This document shows positions 1 through 12,900 of a stretch of 64,000 nt of DNA, in pieces. Made by a program: the position numbers and the translations under genes. Source of the DNA: Amoebophrya sp. A120 (lineage: Eukaryota > Protista > Dinoflagellata). The notes under the pieces are model-generated. The model did no database searches. It was not told the origin of the DNA and saw only the letters and a list, made by a program, of their open reading frames with translations. Numbering within the stretch: the first letter of the stretch is position 1; each line of letters opens with the position of its first letter. The stretch covers positions 11,040,339-11,104,338 of the forward strand of contig CAJINV010000003.1 in assembly GCA_905178155.1 (NCBI GenBank), given 5' to 3'.

Positions 1-66
1 ATACAACCCGGAGGACCAGCGACTTCTCAGCACTGGCGGGAACAAGGAGCAGGAACATCTTGTTGC

Positions 67-1476
67 GTGCCACCAGGAGCCCCGCATCCTTTACATGTTG
101 CACTGCATGCGTTAGCGAGAGGGTGCGCGGATACAATGAGAAGCATCTTGTGGAACAACTACCGAAACAAGAACTCCAAGGATGTTGCAAGTCGTGGAGA
201 AACGAAACACACAGACGAAAGCCGGACAGGTTGCAAGATTCCGCAGATTTCGTGCGGCGGAAGTGGGTCGCTTCTTGCATTCCCCTTTGATTTGTCCCTG
301 CGGCGCGGCCGACAACGAGGACCGCCCGCCCCGAGCTGTGTAAATGAGTTCATCGCCGCGAGTCAGGGAATCGAAGCGAAGCCTGCACCGACGCGGCGCA
401 CTCGCAGTTCTTTCGGTCACAGTAGTAGAGATTGTCTTTGTCCTGGCCCGCCGGAGTGGGAGTGCATGGCCGTGCGAAAGTGGATCCGGGATGTTCGGCG
501 CGGCAGTCGCCGAAGGAGGAGCGACATCGAGCCCGACCCTTCGCCTCCGCTGAAGCAGCCACAGTATTTCTCGTCTCCCTCGTCCTCGACTTGGTCCAGT
601 CCGACCGACGAGGTGGGATCTTTAGACAGAAAGAATCATCAGGCGGTAAAGAACGTACCCCACGACAGTTTTTTCCGCGGGGCGGCGGACCCGAGAACCA
701 GAGATGGCACAAGTACCCGAGCGTCGAATCGTCCCGGCCCTGAATATGTCAACAGAAGCAGCTGGGGTCCTGTTTTTCTACATCAGATGCAGAATAAAAA
801 CTGCAATGACGCCCAAGAACGGAGCTCCACTAGCGGCAACAAAGCGTCGTCGACCATTTATCTGGTTGAGCGTGAGATGAAAATGAATCGTCCCGAGCAT
901 CAGCCGTCAAGAGCGGGAACCCCAGGGCAAGGTCACGGCAACATCTCGCCCAATTTTGCAGCTTCTTCTAGTTCTGCGTCTCTGCCCGAGCTGGTGCAGA
1001 ATGGACAACGACGGCAGACGGATACTAGCTATTACACTACCACTGCCGCTGCACACAGTACTTCGGTCACCACGTCGGCTGTTCGACACGAGGATTTGGC
1101 GAAAACGCCAGTATTCGTTTTGGGTGCCTGTGGTTCCGACGATCTGCCCTCGTTGGCAGAAGGGGAGGATGACGTCACAGCCACACCATCACCTGCGGAC
1201 TGGATGAGGCACGCTTGTGCTCCTGTAAGTGTAGATCCGCGGGGAGGTACAGCGACGGGTGAAAGACAGCAGCAAACAACACCCGCAGATGTCGCCCACG
1301 CTCGGGGAAGGCGCAAACGACGGAGCTCTGTTCAAGAACTAGCGCAAATGTTCGACAGGATGGCAATCGAGAAATCAGAAGCGCGCGCGGTCGAGGGCCG
1401 CGGGCGACGAGCTGCTGAACCGGCAACGCCCAGACCACGGCATGTTCGACCAACGCTTCCGACACCGGACGAATAG
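67..1476 (+). CDS. Hypothetical S/R/T-rich low-complexity protein; the true start may be the internal Met near 466
   Basis: 469-aa ORF with no recognisable domain. Confidence 0.4.
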   Translation: MPPGAPHPLHVALHALARGCADTMRSILWNNYRNKNSKDVASRGETKHTDESRTGCKIPQISCGGSGSLLAFPFDLSLRRGRQRGPPAPSCVNEFIAASQGIEAKPAPTRRTRSSFGHSSRDCLCPGPPEWECMAVRKWIRDVRRGSRRRRSDIEPDPSPPLKQPQYFSSPSSSTWSSPTDEVGSLDRKNHQAVKNVPHDSFFRGAADPRTRDGTSTRASNRPGPEYVNRSSWGPVFLHQMQNKNCNDAQERSSTSGNKASSTIYLVEREMKMNRPEHQPSRAGTPGQGHGNISPNFAASSSSASLPELVQNGQRRQTDTSYYTTTAAAHSTSVTTSAVRHEDLAKTPVFVLGACGSDDLPSLAEGEDDVTATPSPADWMRHACAPVSVDPRGGTATGERQQQTTPADVAHARGRRKRRSSVQELAQMFDRMAIEKSEARAVEGRGRRAAEPATPRPRHVRPTLPTPDE

Positions 1477-2152
1477 GAGCAACGTGAAAGTCTGATTAGA
1501 TAGAAGTTGTGAAGTGAGAACGAGCTAGTATCTTGTTCTTGACACGCTTTGCTCGCGGTTCCAACTGTGCTCCTGCTCCTGGTCGCTCGGCCTACTGCAC
1601 CGGACAAAAGCCCACAAGAATGAGTTTTTGACGTCGATGAAAGGTCGTGTAACTGACAGAGCGTCCAAAGCATAAGCAAGAAGAGAAAGCATAACCATAA
1701 GTCAATGCAGCTCCTGCACTGCAGCTGGACTGACCTCTTAGTGTCTTGCTTTTACTTGAAATCAGAGGACTTGTTTTTCCTCCTGGATCTCATTGTCATT
1801 CTGAGCATGTTTATTTATTTTGCTCAGCACGCTTTTCTCGCGCCGGCGGCTGTAGTTCAGATGATATTATTTCCTCAGCAGGCTGCAGTACTTGCAAACG
1901 AAACCGTCGAACACGAAAGGTCTTATTTGGCGCACCTTTCACGTTAGCGCTCCTTCACAGGGAAGAAAAGGTGGCCTAGCTTTCTATCATCCACCTCAGT
2001 GTTGAGTCGATCCATTGATCTCGATCTCCTTCTTTCCTGAAATGACCATGGTACAAATTAGGCGGACCTTCGCAGTACGCGTGGTTGGAATTTAGAAGAA
2101 CGCCACTGACCTTGATGTGTTTGTTAGCGCGATCACATATTATGTGCACCTT

Positions 2153-2200
2153 TCTTCATTTAAATACAGAAAGATATCTTCATTTAAATACAGAAAGATA
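2153..2200. repeat. 24-bp tandem duplication
   Basis: TCTTCATTTAAATACAGAAAGATA x2. Confidence 0.85.
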
Positions 2201-2385
2201 TGTCATCAAACTCAGGATGATCAGGAACGATTTATTTGAAGAACGAAGAAGCATCGTGCTCATTTTGAACACGGTTGCGTAGTTACTCACTTACACGGGA
2301 ACAAGCTCATCATTGGCCTTCTTGTTTATTTTGTGCCGTCGGTCCTCCCTTAAATGTTTTTCTCAAATCGTTCGCGGCCGTCAAA

Positions 2386-5300
2386 ATGAGCAAAGACTCG
2401 AAGCGGCGCAAAACCGCGGACGTGGAGGACATCTGGGAGGACAAAGTAGGGACCGTCGACTACATCAACATTCCGCCAGAGTCAAAAAGGTCGGCGTGGG
2501 GTATCATAGTTACTTGCGGCGCAAAGAAAGATCTACATTTTGAAAAATACTACTTCAACGTATCGCGAGAGCACCTCGTGTCCGACGGCATCAGGAAAGG
2601 CGACGCGGTGACATTTAGGGGTAACCCAGCCGATCTCCCTGTTGCGGGGCACAATTTCCCTGAAGCGACTTGCGTTCGCGTGACAAAGGCGTCCGATGAC
2701 GATTCGCTCCAGCACCAGCACCGGAAAGACCCCGAACAGGAAACGCTTTCCTTCGCGAAAAAGCTGTCGGAAGTCTGGCCCGCTTGCGGGGAGCAGCTGG
2801 CCTGTCAGGTCGAATTTCTGGTAAATAATGTGGCGGACTTGATTCACCCGCAGAGCGATGTATTCAAGGGAACAAATGCACGCCCAATTGTCGTGCCTTG
2901 CCCTTACTCATTAATGTGCATCGATCGGCCGACGCCCGAAGGCGAATTCGAAGTGTTGGTGGAGTCGCGTAGTTGATTGGTACAGCTGTAACTAGCTCTA
3001 GCATCTTCGCCGTGATTCGGATACGCGTCGCAGCATCAAGGAGCTGCGCCCTGCATGACGAGTAGAAGCCGCTACTTCCCACTTCAATCATCTAAAGCCA
3101 CCCTCTTTGCAAGAACCAAATTATCTGTACCAGTGTAGTGGCCTAGTGTGCTTATTGTAAGTAGTTGACCTTGACTCGAATTTCACAATCACAAGAAACG
3201 AACGCGATGATCCGTCGTGCTCATTTAAGCTCAACGGTAACGAATAGCTTGCCGAATAAGTACTTTTCGCGGGCGGGGTATGGGTGTGCAATGTTCCTTC
3301 TTCATCATACTACGGCGCGCTGGCCCAGGGGTCCGCTAACAGCATTGTGCTGTTGGACGGTCCAACGGGGTCCGGGAAATCTACCCTCGTGGGTATGATG
3401 CGCGGTTGGACAACGTGCTGGGCGGTGGAGGGGTCGCGCACAGTCCTGCAGTACAAGAGCCCCAAGCTAGCCGCTGAAGCAGGCGCGCCAAAAATCGGGC
3501 ACTCTTTAATGCAGAGCGAAACTCTGCGCGCACAACTACACCCGCTTGGGGAGAGGCCTGGAAATGACCAGGATGGAGCAAAACACGAAGCCATTGGCGG
3601 CACTGGACGTGGCGGGGTATATTTGGTTACGGCTTGGACGGTAGTTAGAAATCCCGGCCGCGGATATTGTGCGGATATTATGACTCAAATGGAAAACGTG
3701 CGACAGTTTTTCTCTCGTCGTGGTCGATCTTTCTCGCCGACCCCCAGCCCCCCGCCCAAGGCCAGGGGCGGGCCAGGGGTGGGCCGGGGATCGATGGGCC
3801 AGGGGAGGGTCGCCCAGGGGCGGGAGGGTGGGGACCCCGTTCCGACCCCTGATCGCGGCCGACCCCGGCAAACGCCTAGCCTGGCCCCGTGCATGTTGGC
3901 CGGCCGCTCGTGGGCGGTCGGCCCATTTTTTCGCTGCAGCCTTGGGAAGCACGCCTTGGCCTTGCGAGTCTGCCTGGCATGGAGGCCAGGTGCCGGGGAC
4001 AGACTCCCAAGACTGCGGAGTTGGCGGGAGTCCCCTGTCCTGAAGCGCTCCCGCCCACCTGTAGCAGTGGCCAGGAGCCTTCAACCCCGCCCGGAAGGTT
4101 CGTTGGACAGGACTTCCCGGCCGAACCTCCGTCTTGGGAGTCCTTCTTCAAGGAGGCAAAAAAGTGTCTGCGGACTGGCGAAAAAAAGGTCCCGCGGATT
4201 TGTTGGACAGGCACGATTTTTGGCGCCCGTTGCCTGACCCAAAAAATCCACCATAGCGTGCGGGCGCGGATTTTTTGGCACAAATCCGCGACAAATCCGC
4301 GAGGCCCGCTGAAAACAAATCCGCGGACCCCCTTTCGACAAATCCGCGGACCCCCTCCGCCACGTCCGCGAATCGAGAATCCGATCGGGATTGGCGCCCT
4401 GCCAAGTGCCCTCGGGGGGCTTTATCAGGCTGCTATGGCCCATCCGCGGCGATCATCAAAGGCGCGTCCGCTTTGGGAGCGGGCGGGCCTCCGTGCCTTG
4501 GAACCTCCGGGGGGGCCTTCCAGGCTGCTATGGCCCCGGTTGGGGAAGGGCTTGGGGAGGGACTGGGGGAGGGGCCGCAGGGGTGGGCCGGCGGAGGGTA
4601 GGCCCGGGGTGGGCCTGGGGTCGGTGGGGCAGGGGAGGGTGAGCCAGGGGAGGATGGGCCCAGGGTGGGCCAGGGGTCGGTAGGGCAGGGGTGGGCCAGG
4701 GGACGGCCAGGGGAGGTCGGGCGGCCAGGGTTGGGCCAGGGGTCGGGGGGGCAACCAGGGGTGGGCCAGCCAGGGGCGGGCCAGCCAGGGGCGGGCCAGC
4801 CAGGGGCGGGCCACCAGGGGCGGGCCACCAGGGACCCAAATCCGCACAATATCCGCGCGCCCTTATTCTAACGGGTGTCCAAGCTCTAAATATTTGGTAT
4901 GGTGCTGCGATTCATATTACTTAGTCTTTGAAGATTGATATTTATTTTTATTGACTACGTAACTCCTGGCAAGCGGCGTGGCTTTTTTCGGGTCATTTCG
5001 GGCAGCGCAGTGCTGGGTGGTGCCCGTCCACTCATGAGGATGGAAAACACCCCTAAGAACCATCCGGGGCGCACACAGAAGATCCTACTATGTTTATACA
5101 ATGAACAAGAACAAGATTTTGATGATGATCTGATGATGACTCAGTCGTGCCTACAGCATGAGTTGTACGCTTTAAAAAGTGGCGCCATAATTATAATCCT
5201 CAGCGCCGGCGCCACGACGCTGTGCATTGTAGTCTTTTGCTGTAATTAGAATTCCTTGTGGTAATTGTTAGACCATCAAGTTCAGCTACATCATCAATAA

Positions 5301-8300
5301 ATCATAGACCGGAGTTCCCGATTGGTTTTTTTGCTTGGTTTGACCCTGACATGACACCACGGAAGAAGGAGCAAATTCTATGCTGTTCATCAAATCCACA
5401 AAAAAACTCACCGCTTCAGAACGGGGGACAGGCGTGGCGTTGACATGGACAAACCCCACATAACGCCAGAGGATTGCACTCTCGTCGGATCTCTTTCGAG
5501 AGCAATGAACATCGACGCCGCGGAAGAAATTGCGTGCGTCGTGGTGGTGACGACTTCCCGCACCTTAGGAGACCGACAATCTATCTCCGACTTCGAGGAG
5601 AACGCGCTGCGGAACATGCTAGGCAAGTACGGACTTGAAAAGCTTGCGTCCAGGGCTGTCCTGGTTTTCAGTGGTCCAGGCAAACCGCCCACAGACTCCC
5701 CCTACGAAGAGCGTCAAAAAAGTCTGCTGGACGATCTGCGCGCGGTAGTTCTTCAGGGTACGGGCAAAAGCCGGAACGCGCGAACGAAACCGGCGAAAGC
5801 GGTCAAAGCCCTTTGGTTTGAGGTGAAGAAGCTACTGGAGAGCGGTACCATTCGCATTTTCATCTCAGACGCGTTTTTTGGTTTCGCCTTTGTTCTTTCT
5901 CACTTTTATGGATGACGATGTTCTATAAGCACGTCAGTGCTCATCGTCATCATCCAGTCACCTATCTGCGCAGCCGTGAGTCTGAGTAGAATCGCCCCCA
6001 GTCATTAGATCTCATGGCTACGTTTTCGATGCACTGATCATCACGCGCCGGCATGAGTATCTCCTTAAGGCGATACTGACCCGGCAACGCTTGCTTTTGT
6101 TTGACTATTCAACAGGCCGCGTCTTTTTGTTTGATGGAAGCAAAGAGAGTGTCAGCGCTATCCGGGAAACCGTCGACGACTCCCGTTCCACCGATAGAAG
6201 CATGGCAAAAACCATCCTTACCGAAGAAATCGCGTTCGGCCAGCAGACGCGGGCGCTAACTGATGCCCTAGAAGCGTGTTCTAGGATATGCCCCGGAAAG
6301 TCTGCGCCTTCAGTTTCTTGCTTATGCTTGTTTCAGGCCGATTGTGGTGCATCTCAATTAGATATAGTACGGATGAGATATGCATAGCATCTGCAGCACT
6401 CAGCTTCAAACAATCGGGATCGAGACGGGTCGTACCGTGTAGCTTGCTACCTTCTTACCTTTGTTTTTATGTACTTAGACAATTGATATAAGTAGAGGTA
6501 GACTTTTATGTTGCGAAAGCCACTGCTGGCGGTGGCGCTGGCCTTGGAAACCAGACGCCGACGAGCACGAGGATCATATGCCAGTGCAGGTCTGTCCCCA
6601 GTAGAAAAGGTCTTTGTCGTACAACTCTTGTGATTAATATGAGAGAGGTAGCCAGCCTCGCAACGAGAGAAACTGTGGGCGGGTTTTTTTCCGGCTCGAT
6701 AGAGTCTCTACTGTAATGTGAAGGAGGCGCAAGCAGTAGACGAAGCAGCAGGCATGTCCGAAGGCGAGGACCACCTTTCGCTGTATTTTTAGATGTCTTT
6801 CTTTTGAGCTTGATTTTGTGTTGCTGTTCCCGTGATCTGACGCACCGGCAGTGCGAGTGCCCGCGGGTGGGTGCACTTAATCGCAGTGCCTTGCAGAAAC
6901 TCAGACAACTGACACTTTTGGTGCTGGTGATCTATGATGATGCGAAGCCTATACTTCGATGCTCATCGAATCCGACCAGCTGAACGCCAGTAGCGCATCA
7001 AATGCTCTATCGAACAACCTCATCCCTTGTGATGATTGTGTCCAGGCCAGCACAGAGCTTCTTTGCGAAGATGGACGACGAGGGTGAAAAATTCTTGACA
7101 ATTGCTTGTCACTTCATTTCAACACACGCCAATGTCTCCGCTTTTTCATTTTTAACTTTCAGGTATACCAACATAATTGAGGAAGAAAAGGAAAAACTAC
7201 ACGAAATGGAGGACGTCAATGGAGAAACCAAGGCCATGCGCATGGAGGAAGTCGAGTCTTTGCAGAAAAAGTTGACGAAAGATAAGAAGGACGTGGAGGC
7301 GATCAAGAAAAAAAGCCAACAGCAAAGGGAGACACGCGACAAGCTCACCAGGGAGATTGCAGCCCTGGAGTCGAAGGCCCGGAAGAAAGGCTCGCGGGCC
7401 TTTGTCTCGACAAACTTCTTTGAGGGATACAGTAAGGGGGCGAGGTCCCCGATCCCAGAGGAACGCGTCCTGCGTCTCGTGCCCATCGATGACGTTTTGG
7501 AAGACATGCCCGCGGGCCCCGTGGATGCGGATGCAGGCGCGCCAGGCCAAGGCGGGCGGCATCGAAATGGGAAGAACGACGGGAGCGATTGGGAGGGGGA
7601 GGAGACCGACGCGGAGGATGGCCAGAATTCCCGCGACAACATCGACGACGCGGACGCCCTTATCCTGGGCGAAGTGGCCCGCGCCCCCGCTGCAGGGTTC
7701 ACGTGGGAAGACCAAACGGCGAGCGACGACAAGGGGCTCGAAGTACTATTGCGCTGTGCGTTTGTTATCATCTGTTTGATAATATGTTTCATATGTTATA
7801 GCGCTCATTTTCTATTTCTAAATGAACCACGTGGTGAGTCGCTGGAATTGGCGAGATGTCTAGTGGCAGGCGCAAGACTACGCTTCGCAGTATCTTCACT
7901 TGCTTGCTCGTATAATTGCATCACTTACTGCTGCAAGTAGTATCTTTCTTCTTGGAGCCTCTTGGTTTACAAGCAGGAAATGCTGCTGCAGCTCTAGAAC
8001 GTTTTGAAGTTAGTGACTTCAAAGGCCAGCTACGAATGTATCGCACGTAAGTAGCACGATCCCAGTGCGATAGCTTTATTGGATGATCTGCGTGATGTGT
8101 GTCCACGCGTGATTTCGAGCATTCCTCTGAAGCGTTTCCCTGCTTTGGCTTTGTAAGTCTAGGTGTAAGAACTACTGCCCCAAAAATAAAATAAAAACAG
8201 CACGAAAAAGAGATCGGAGCCTTCAAGGGCCAGAGACGTCTGGTGATCGAGTTTCCGACCGAAGAAGTTGAATTATGCCCAGCCCGCAGCTTTTCTCCTG

Positions 8301-9139
8301 CGTTGACGGTGAAAACTCGGCGCATTATGTTCGCGGAAGACGAAATGCCGGTAGAGGAGGAGGACGATGAGGAGCAGCCTCAGAAGAAATTTCCTTTGCT
8401 GCATGTCACCATCGGGAAGAATAAAAGCGTCGAGCTCGAGTCGTATGATGAAGTCGGCGGGAAGGGGAGGCTGATATTTAGGATTTTCTTCAAAACGACA
8501 AAGAACGCGAAGCCAACGCTTACAGCCAGGCTCAGACAAGAGGTCACCGATCTCATTTTGCCAAAGCTAACTAAGCTGCGGGACGCCAGAGATCGCTTAG
8601 CCACCAAGGTCGAGGATGATCAGAATCTGCTGGAGGAAAAAATAGCAGCAATTGATAAACTTCAAAGCACCATTGACGAAGTGAAGATGAAGCTTGACAA
8701 CAAAAAAGCGAGCGCGGAAAGCGTTGAGGAAGCACGAGAAAAAATCAAGCAAGCTACGAAGCAGCGAGACTTTGTCAAGGGCATGGTGCAGAAGCTTGCC
8801 CAGTACAAGAGTGACAAATAAAAGCTAGACGCGGCTCGCGACCTCCTTCAAGCGCAGCCATTGAATCTTGTGCCGGATCTAGTGCGGTATTGCTTAACAC
8901 AGAAGAAAGAAGAGTGGAGCGCTGCTGCGGGCGGCGCGGATCCAGGCTACACCCTCCGCCCATTGGCAGAAAAACTACTGCGGCCGATGATAGTCAATGC
9001 GCCGTATTGCCACACAGTTTTGGCGGATCTGAAGATAAACGTCGACAAGCTTGAGGCGGAGTCCGATGCCGCGCAACCAGCTTGCCCATCAAGATCAAAA
9101 GCCGCTGTGGGGTCGTCCTCCTCGTCGTCTGCGTGCTAG
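2386..9139 (+). CDS. Multi-exon gene or pseudogene: cold-shock/OB-like N-terminus, P-loop NTPase (GTPase-like) and long coiled coil; exon boundaries not fully resolved
   Basis: Coding-like segments at about 2386-2970 (VGTVDYI..WGIIV..YYFN..GIRKGDAVTF), 3300-3616 (Walker A IVLLDGPTGSGKSTL then IGHSLMQSET), 5410-5850, 6115-6320, 7160-7745 and 8230-9139 (K/E-rich heptads). In-frame TAA at 8819-8821. That all pieces belong to one gene is an inference. Confidence 0.5.
3627..4889. mobile_element. Non-autonomous hAT-like DNA transposon, 1263 bp, GC-rich, inside a probable intron
   Basis: Imperfect TIRs TTACGGCTTGGAC..GTTAGAA..CGCGGATATTGTGCGGAT / ATCCGCACAATATCCGCG..TTCTAAC..GTCCAAGCTCTAA. 8-bp TSD ATATTTGG at 3619-3626 and 4890-4897. 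Internal AAATCCGCG and GGGCCAGGGG repeats. Confidence 0.8.
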
Positions 9140-9976
9140 AAATGCCGTCAACGGTCAGAGAATTTTGCAAAGTGAGGTTTGGAAATGTGCGCAGAAGCGT
9201 CTGCTTCTCTCGGTCATCACAATCTTCCAGTGTTATTTCGTATTCCTATTCATCCAAGAGCAAATGAACTCAAAGGCTTCGCAAATGTAAATTACGCTGC
9301 AGGCGACGAGGAAACGGAAAGTCCAGTCTGTCAGAAGATCTCGTAAACAAAGTGTGCTGGCGATGACAAAGATTTAGGGCGATGGATCGACTCGAATATG
9401 GTACAACGTGCCGCGAAGCAGTGGCTCGTGTTCTATAATATACACTACAGCAGGCTACCGCTACAACCAGGACCAGGAGGGTCCGACTCACAGAAGATAC
9501 GGACATAAATACGGTGGCAGCGCCGCGCTGTGATAATAGTAGGAGGGCAAGACGAAGACGGAGTGTCAGTCTTTGTTTGTATGACAGACCAGGACCATTC
9601 GGCCTCTCGAAGCGCAATGAACGCAAGGCAAGCACGAAAACGACTTCGACCACGTCGAAGCATGATATACACAATAAAGCACCAAGACCAGAACTACAGT
9701 TGGCTGTGTTGTTTTTCTTATTTCTGATTCTGATTTATTGAAGCTATATAATGTTTTGCTTTCGTCCTGTGTTCAGTTCGTCTGTAGCATTTTAAGCGCA
9801 TTATATCGGGTGCGTCTACGTGTAGCAGTAGATGAAAATGGTTTATTCGTCAGCGTCAGCATTCGTTTGTGTTGCTAGCTGCAATGAATCGAGCTATTTG
9901 CTACTTTTCTTCTGACTTCCGTTTTGCTCTTTCCGTGAAAAAAATGAGAGGACAGGTGGTATAACCTAAAGTAAAA

Positions 9977-12900
9977 ATGTCTTTCTTTCTGCAGCTTCTT
10001 CAAGCTTTACTCTTCGTAGTCGATCGGGCCGCTGGTGCTGGTGCAACATCACCACTGGTCAAGGTGAAACCCTGGAAATTTCTTGGTCCGTGGCCTGTGG
10101 GGAAGAACGAGTTGGATGTATGGATGTGTCAGGTTTGAAATCGTCAAAGTTGAAATGGTTTGCCATGCATAAAACGCATACCAGTTAGACCTACAGTTTG
10201 TAGTCGGTGCGTGACAAATTTTCCCGGCCCCGGAGGCGAGTCTGTCATGCGGTTTAGGGCAAAAGAGCTGCCTTCTGTCATGCTAGTCAGTAGTCCATTG
10301 GACTACTGACTAACTTGTGACCAACTTGTGACCCTTACCAGGACTATAATCTGCCTCCCTTGCGTCCTCTGCAATAGAGTCACTTTTTGCATCGCATTTT
10401 ATGCATTACAAGTCATTTCAACTTTGTCGATTTCAACTCTGACGCATCCATAGGATGCGGATCCTACATACACGGCAGCTCGCGGCGGCGTCTTCGATCT
10501 GTACCGGAGGGCCTTTCTGGTTGGGACTGAAAAGGGACACGAAAAAGAAGCGGAGCACCACGGCGTCACTCCAGATTCACACTCAGATGGAGATGGAGCC
10601 GATGCCGAAGATTTTCCGAATTTGTTCTCGGAATTACCTTCCGGCGGTCACTTGACTGAGCAGTTTTCAGCTGCCGACGGTCTGCGGTCGAGCGAAGCTT
10701 CCAAATCAACCACGAGGACCCTCACGAAGCAGGGAAGACTAAGAAAGCTGTTTGACAGCGAAGCTATCGCAGCTTCGCAGTCTACGGGAGGTGCAGCGAA
10801 AAATTTCAACGATGTTTGGGCTCGGGTCACGCCGCGTAACGTGCAATGGAGCCAGCTGGTGCAACAGCTGTCCTCCATGGAGGTCCTGGAATGGCAAGGC
10901 TGGGCGATTGCCAAGTTCGGCCCACTGGCCGAGAACACCACATACACGGTCGGTTGCGAGGGGGTGCACACCTTCTACATCGACGGCTTTGAGCAAATTT
11001 TTCCCGGTGATATGTTTCGCACGCGCCGAATTTCCAGTGCAGTCAGCTTTGCTTCTGAAAACAAGCAGGACGGCCAGCAGCATCAGCATCACGTGCTCTA
11101 TGTACCACTCAAAATCAGGGGGAACGCGGGCGAGTTTCGGTGCCGGGTCGAAAGAGTAGTTTCAACGGAGATGAACAAGGTGGAGTCTTTTGCCACGGTA
11201 GAGGTTAAAAAAGCTTTATTGCCAGAACTCCTCCATCACGCCGAAAGAAACACGAAGACACAAGCGCTCCTCGACGGTGCGGGTGCGACTTCGGAGGACA
11301 AGGAAACAGCGAGAGCCGCCGAGGGTTCTTTTCCTACGACCACCTTGATGGGTGAGCACCTGTCTCTCGCTATCACGAATCATCTGAGCGCGGAGTGGTT
11401 GCAGTTCCGCTTTCAGCCTTGCGAAAACCGAAACTCATGCAAGCCGGACGTGTTCGAAGTCCTACCACTTGAAGGAGCGGGCGGGGTTACATCAACCACC
11501 GGTGGTCAATATTCGTTTTCTGACTTAGTGGCCCCCGGACAGGCAACGGCACTTCCAGTCCGATTTCGCTTGATTGGCGAAGGGCGCAAGAAGTACGACC
11601 TCCAGAGTCCCCCCCGCGCTTGTGACTCAGTGGGCCTACAGCTGGACGTTTTCATGCGAGTCCTCGCCCAGCCGGACGCCGGCGATGATAGGCAAGATGG
11701 ATTGAAGAAGAACGGGACTGAGGATGATTGGAATTACCTCAAGACTTTACGCTTCACGCTGTCATGTCGGACGGCGCGGCAGTCATTTGTCTACACATTT
11801 CTTGACCACGACGGCACGGTCAACCGTGGCGCTGCTATCATGCCGCGCACTCATCAAGATGAACTACTACACGAAGCAACTTCTAATCAAAAAGAGGCAC
11901 CATCGGGCCAAGGGCGAGGAGACGACGGCCGCCTAGAAGAAGAAAAACCCCGATATCCAGTTCTGCTTTCGCTTCACGGGACCGGGGTGGATCCGCGCAA
12001 CCACGCAGACAGCTACAAGTACAAGCCGAAATCGAAAGAGGTGCAGAAGGCCGCAGGTGTATCTGCACCTGTGAAGAAAGTCTACAATGCTGATGAAAGC
12101 AAGATCCCCTTTTTCTACGGTGTGGACGGGGCCTGGGTAGTTTGTCCGACGCGCGCGGGCGCGCACAACTGGGAGTATACTGGGTTGCTTTCTGCCGTTC
12201 GTGCTCTGACGGCACTAAAAGCCATCGTCGACGGGAAACCCGAACTACACCGATTTGCGCGATTGGACCTCGACCGCGTCGTCTATTCTGGCCACAGCAT
12301 GGGCGGCCACGGCGCTTTGGTTCTGGCAACCAGGGTTCCGGAACCCATGGTGGGGCTCGCGCCCTTGGGGGCCTGGATCAAAAAGGAGGAATACGGTGAC
12401 AGCAACCGGTTCTTTCTGCTGGACCTGCAGAACGAGTTCGCGCCCCCAGAGCTGAAGGCAGTTCTGGAAACGAGCATGCTGGAAAACAGTGTGGAACCGC
12501 TTTTAGACAACGTTAGATCCAGTATCGCTACAGCTCATTTAGGCGACGATCGCGAGATGCACAAGCTGGACGTCGAGCAGGAGACAGAAACTACAACGAA
12601 GAAGGTAATTTCCAATAGGGCCACAAGGAGAGTTGAAAAAGACTCAATCCCCGCCGTCTCAAGGGTCAAGCTACGAGTCGGTGCAAAAGACGGCGCCACG
12701 CCTCCGTGGTACTCCAGGCGCTTGGCTAGAAGTCTGGTGGTTCCCGAAAGCGGAGTACCTGGATCTTTTGGAGGCGGGTTGACGACTCATCCCCGAGTTG
12801 GGCGGAGCAGGGGGCCGTCGATAGACTACGAAGAAGTGCCCGACAAGGAGCATTGGTGGTGGGACACCAATCGGCCGAACGATGGCGGCGTGCTAAACGA

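Noticed and set aside
3640-4924. Many overlapping G/P/R-rich ORFs on both strands
   Set aside because: Artefacts of the GC-rich repetitive transposon interior; no protein motifs.
7109-7792. Minus-strand ORFs of 227 aa here and 298 aa at 24248-25144
   Set aside because: Antisense shadows of + strand coding exons.
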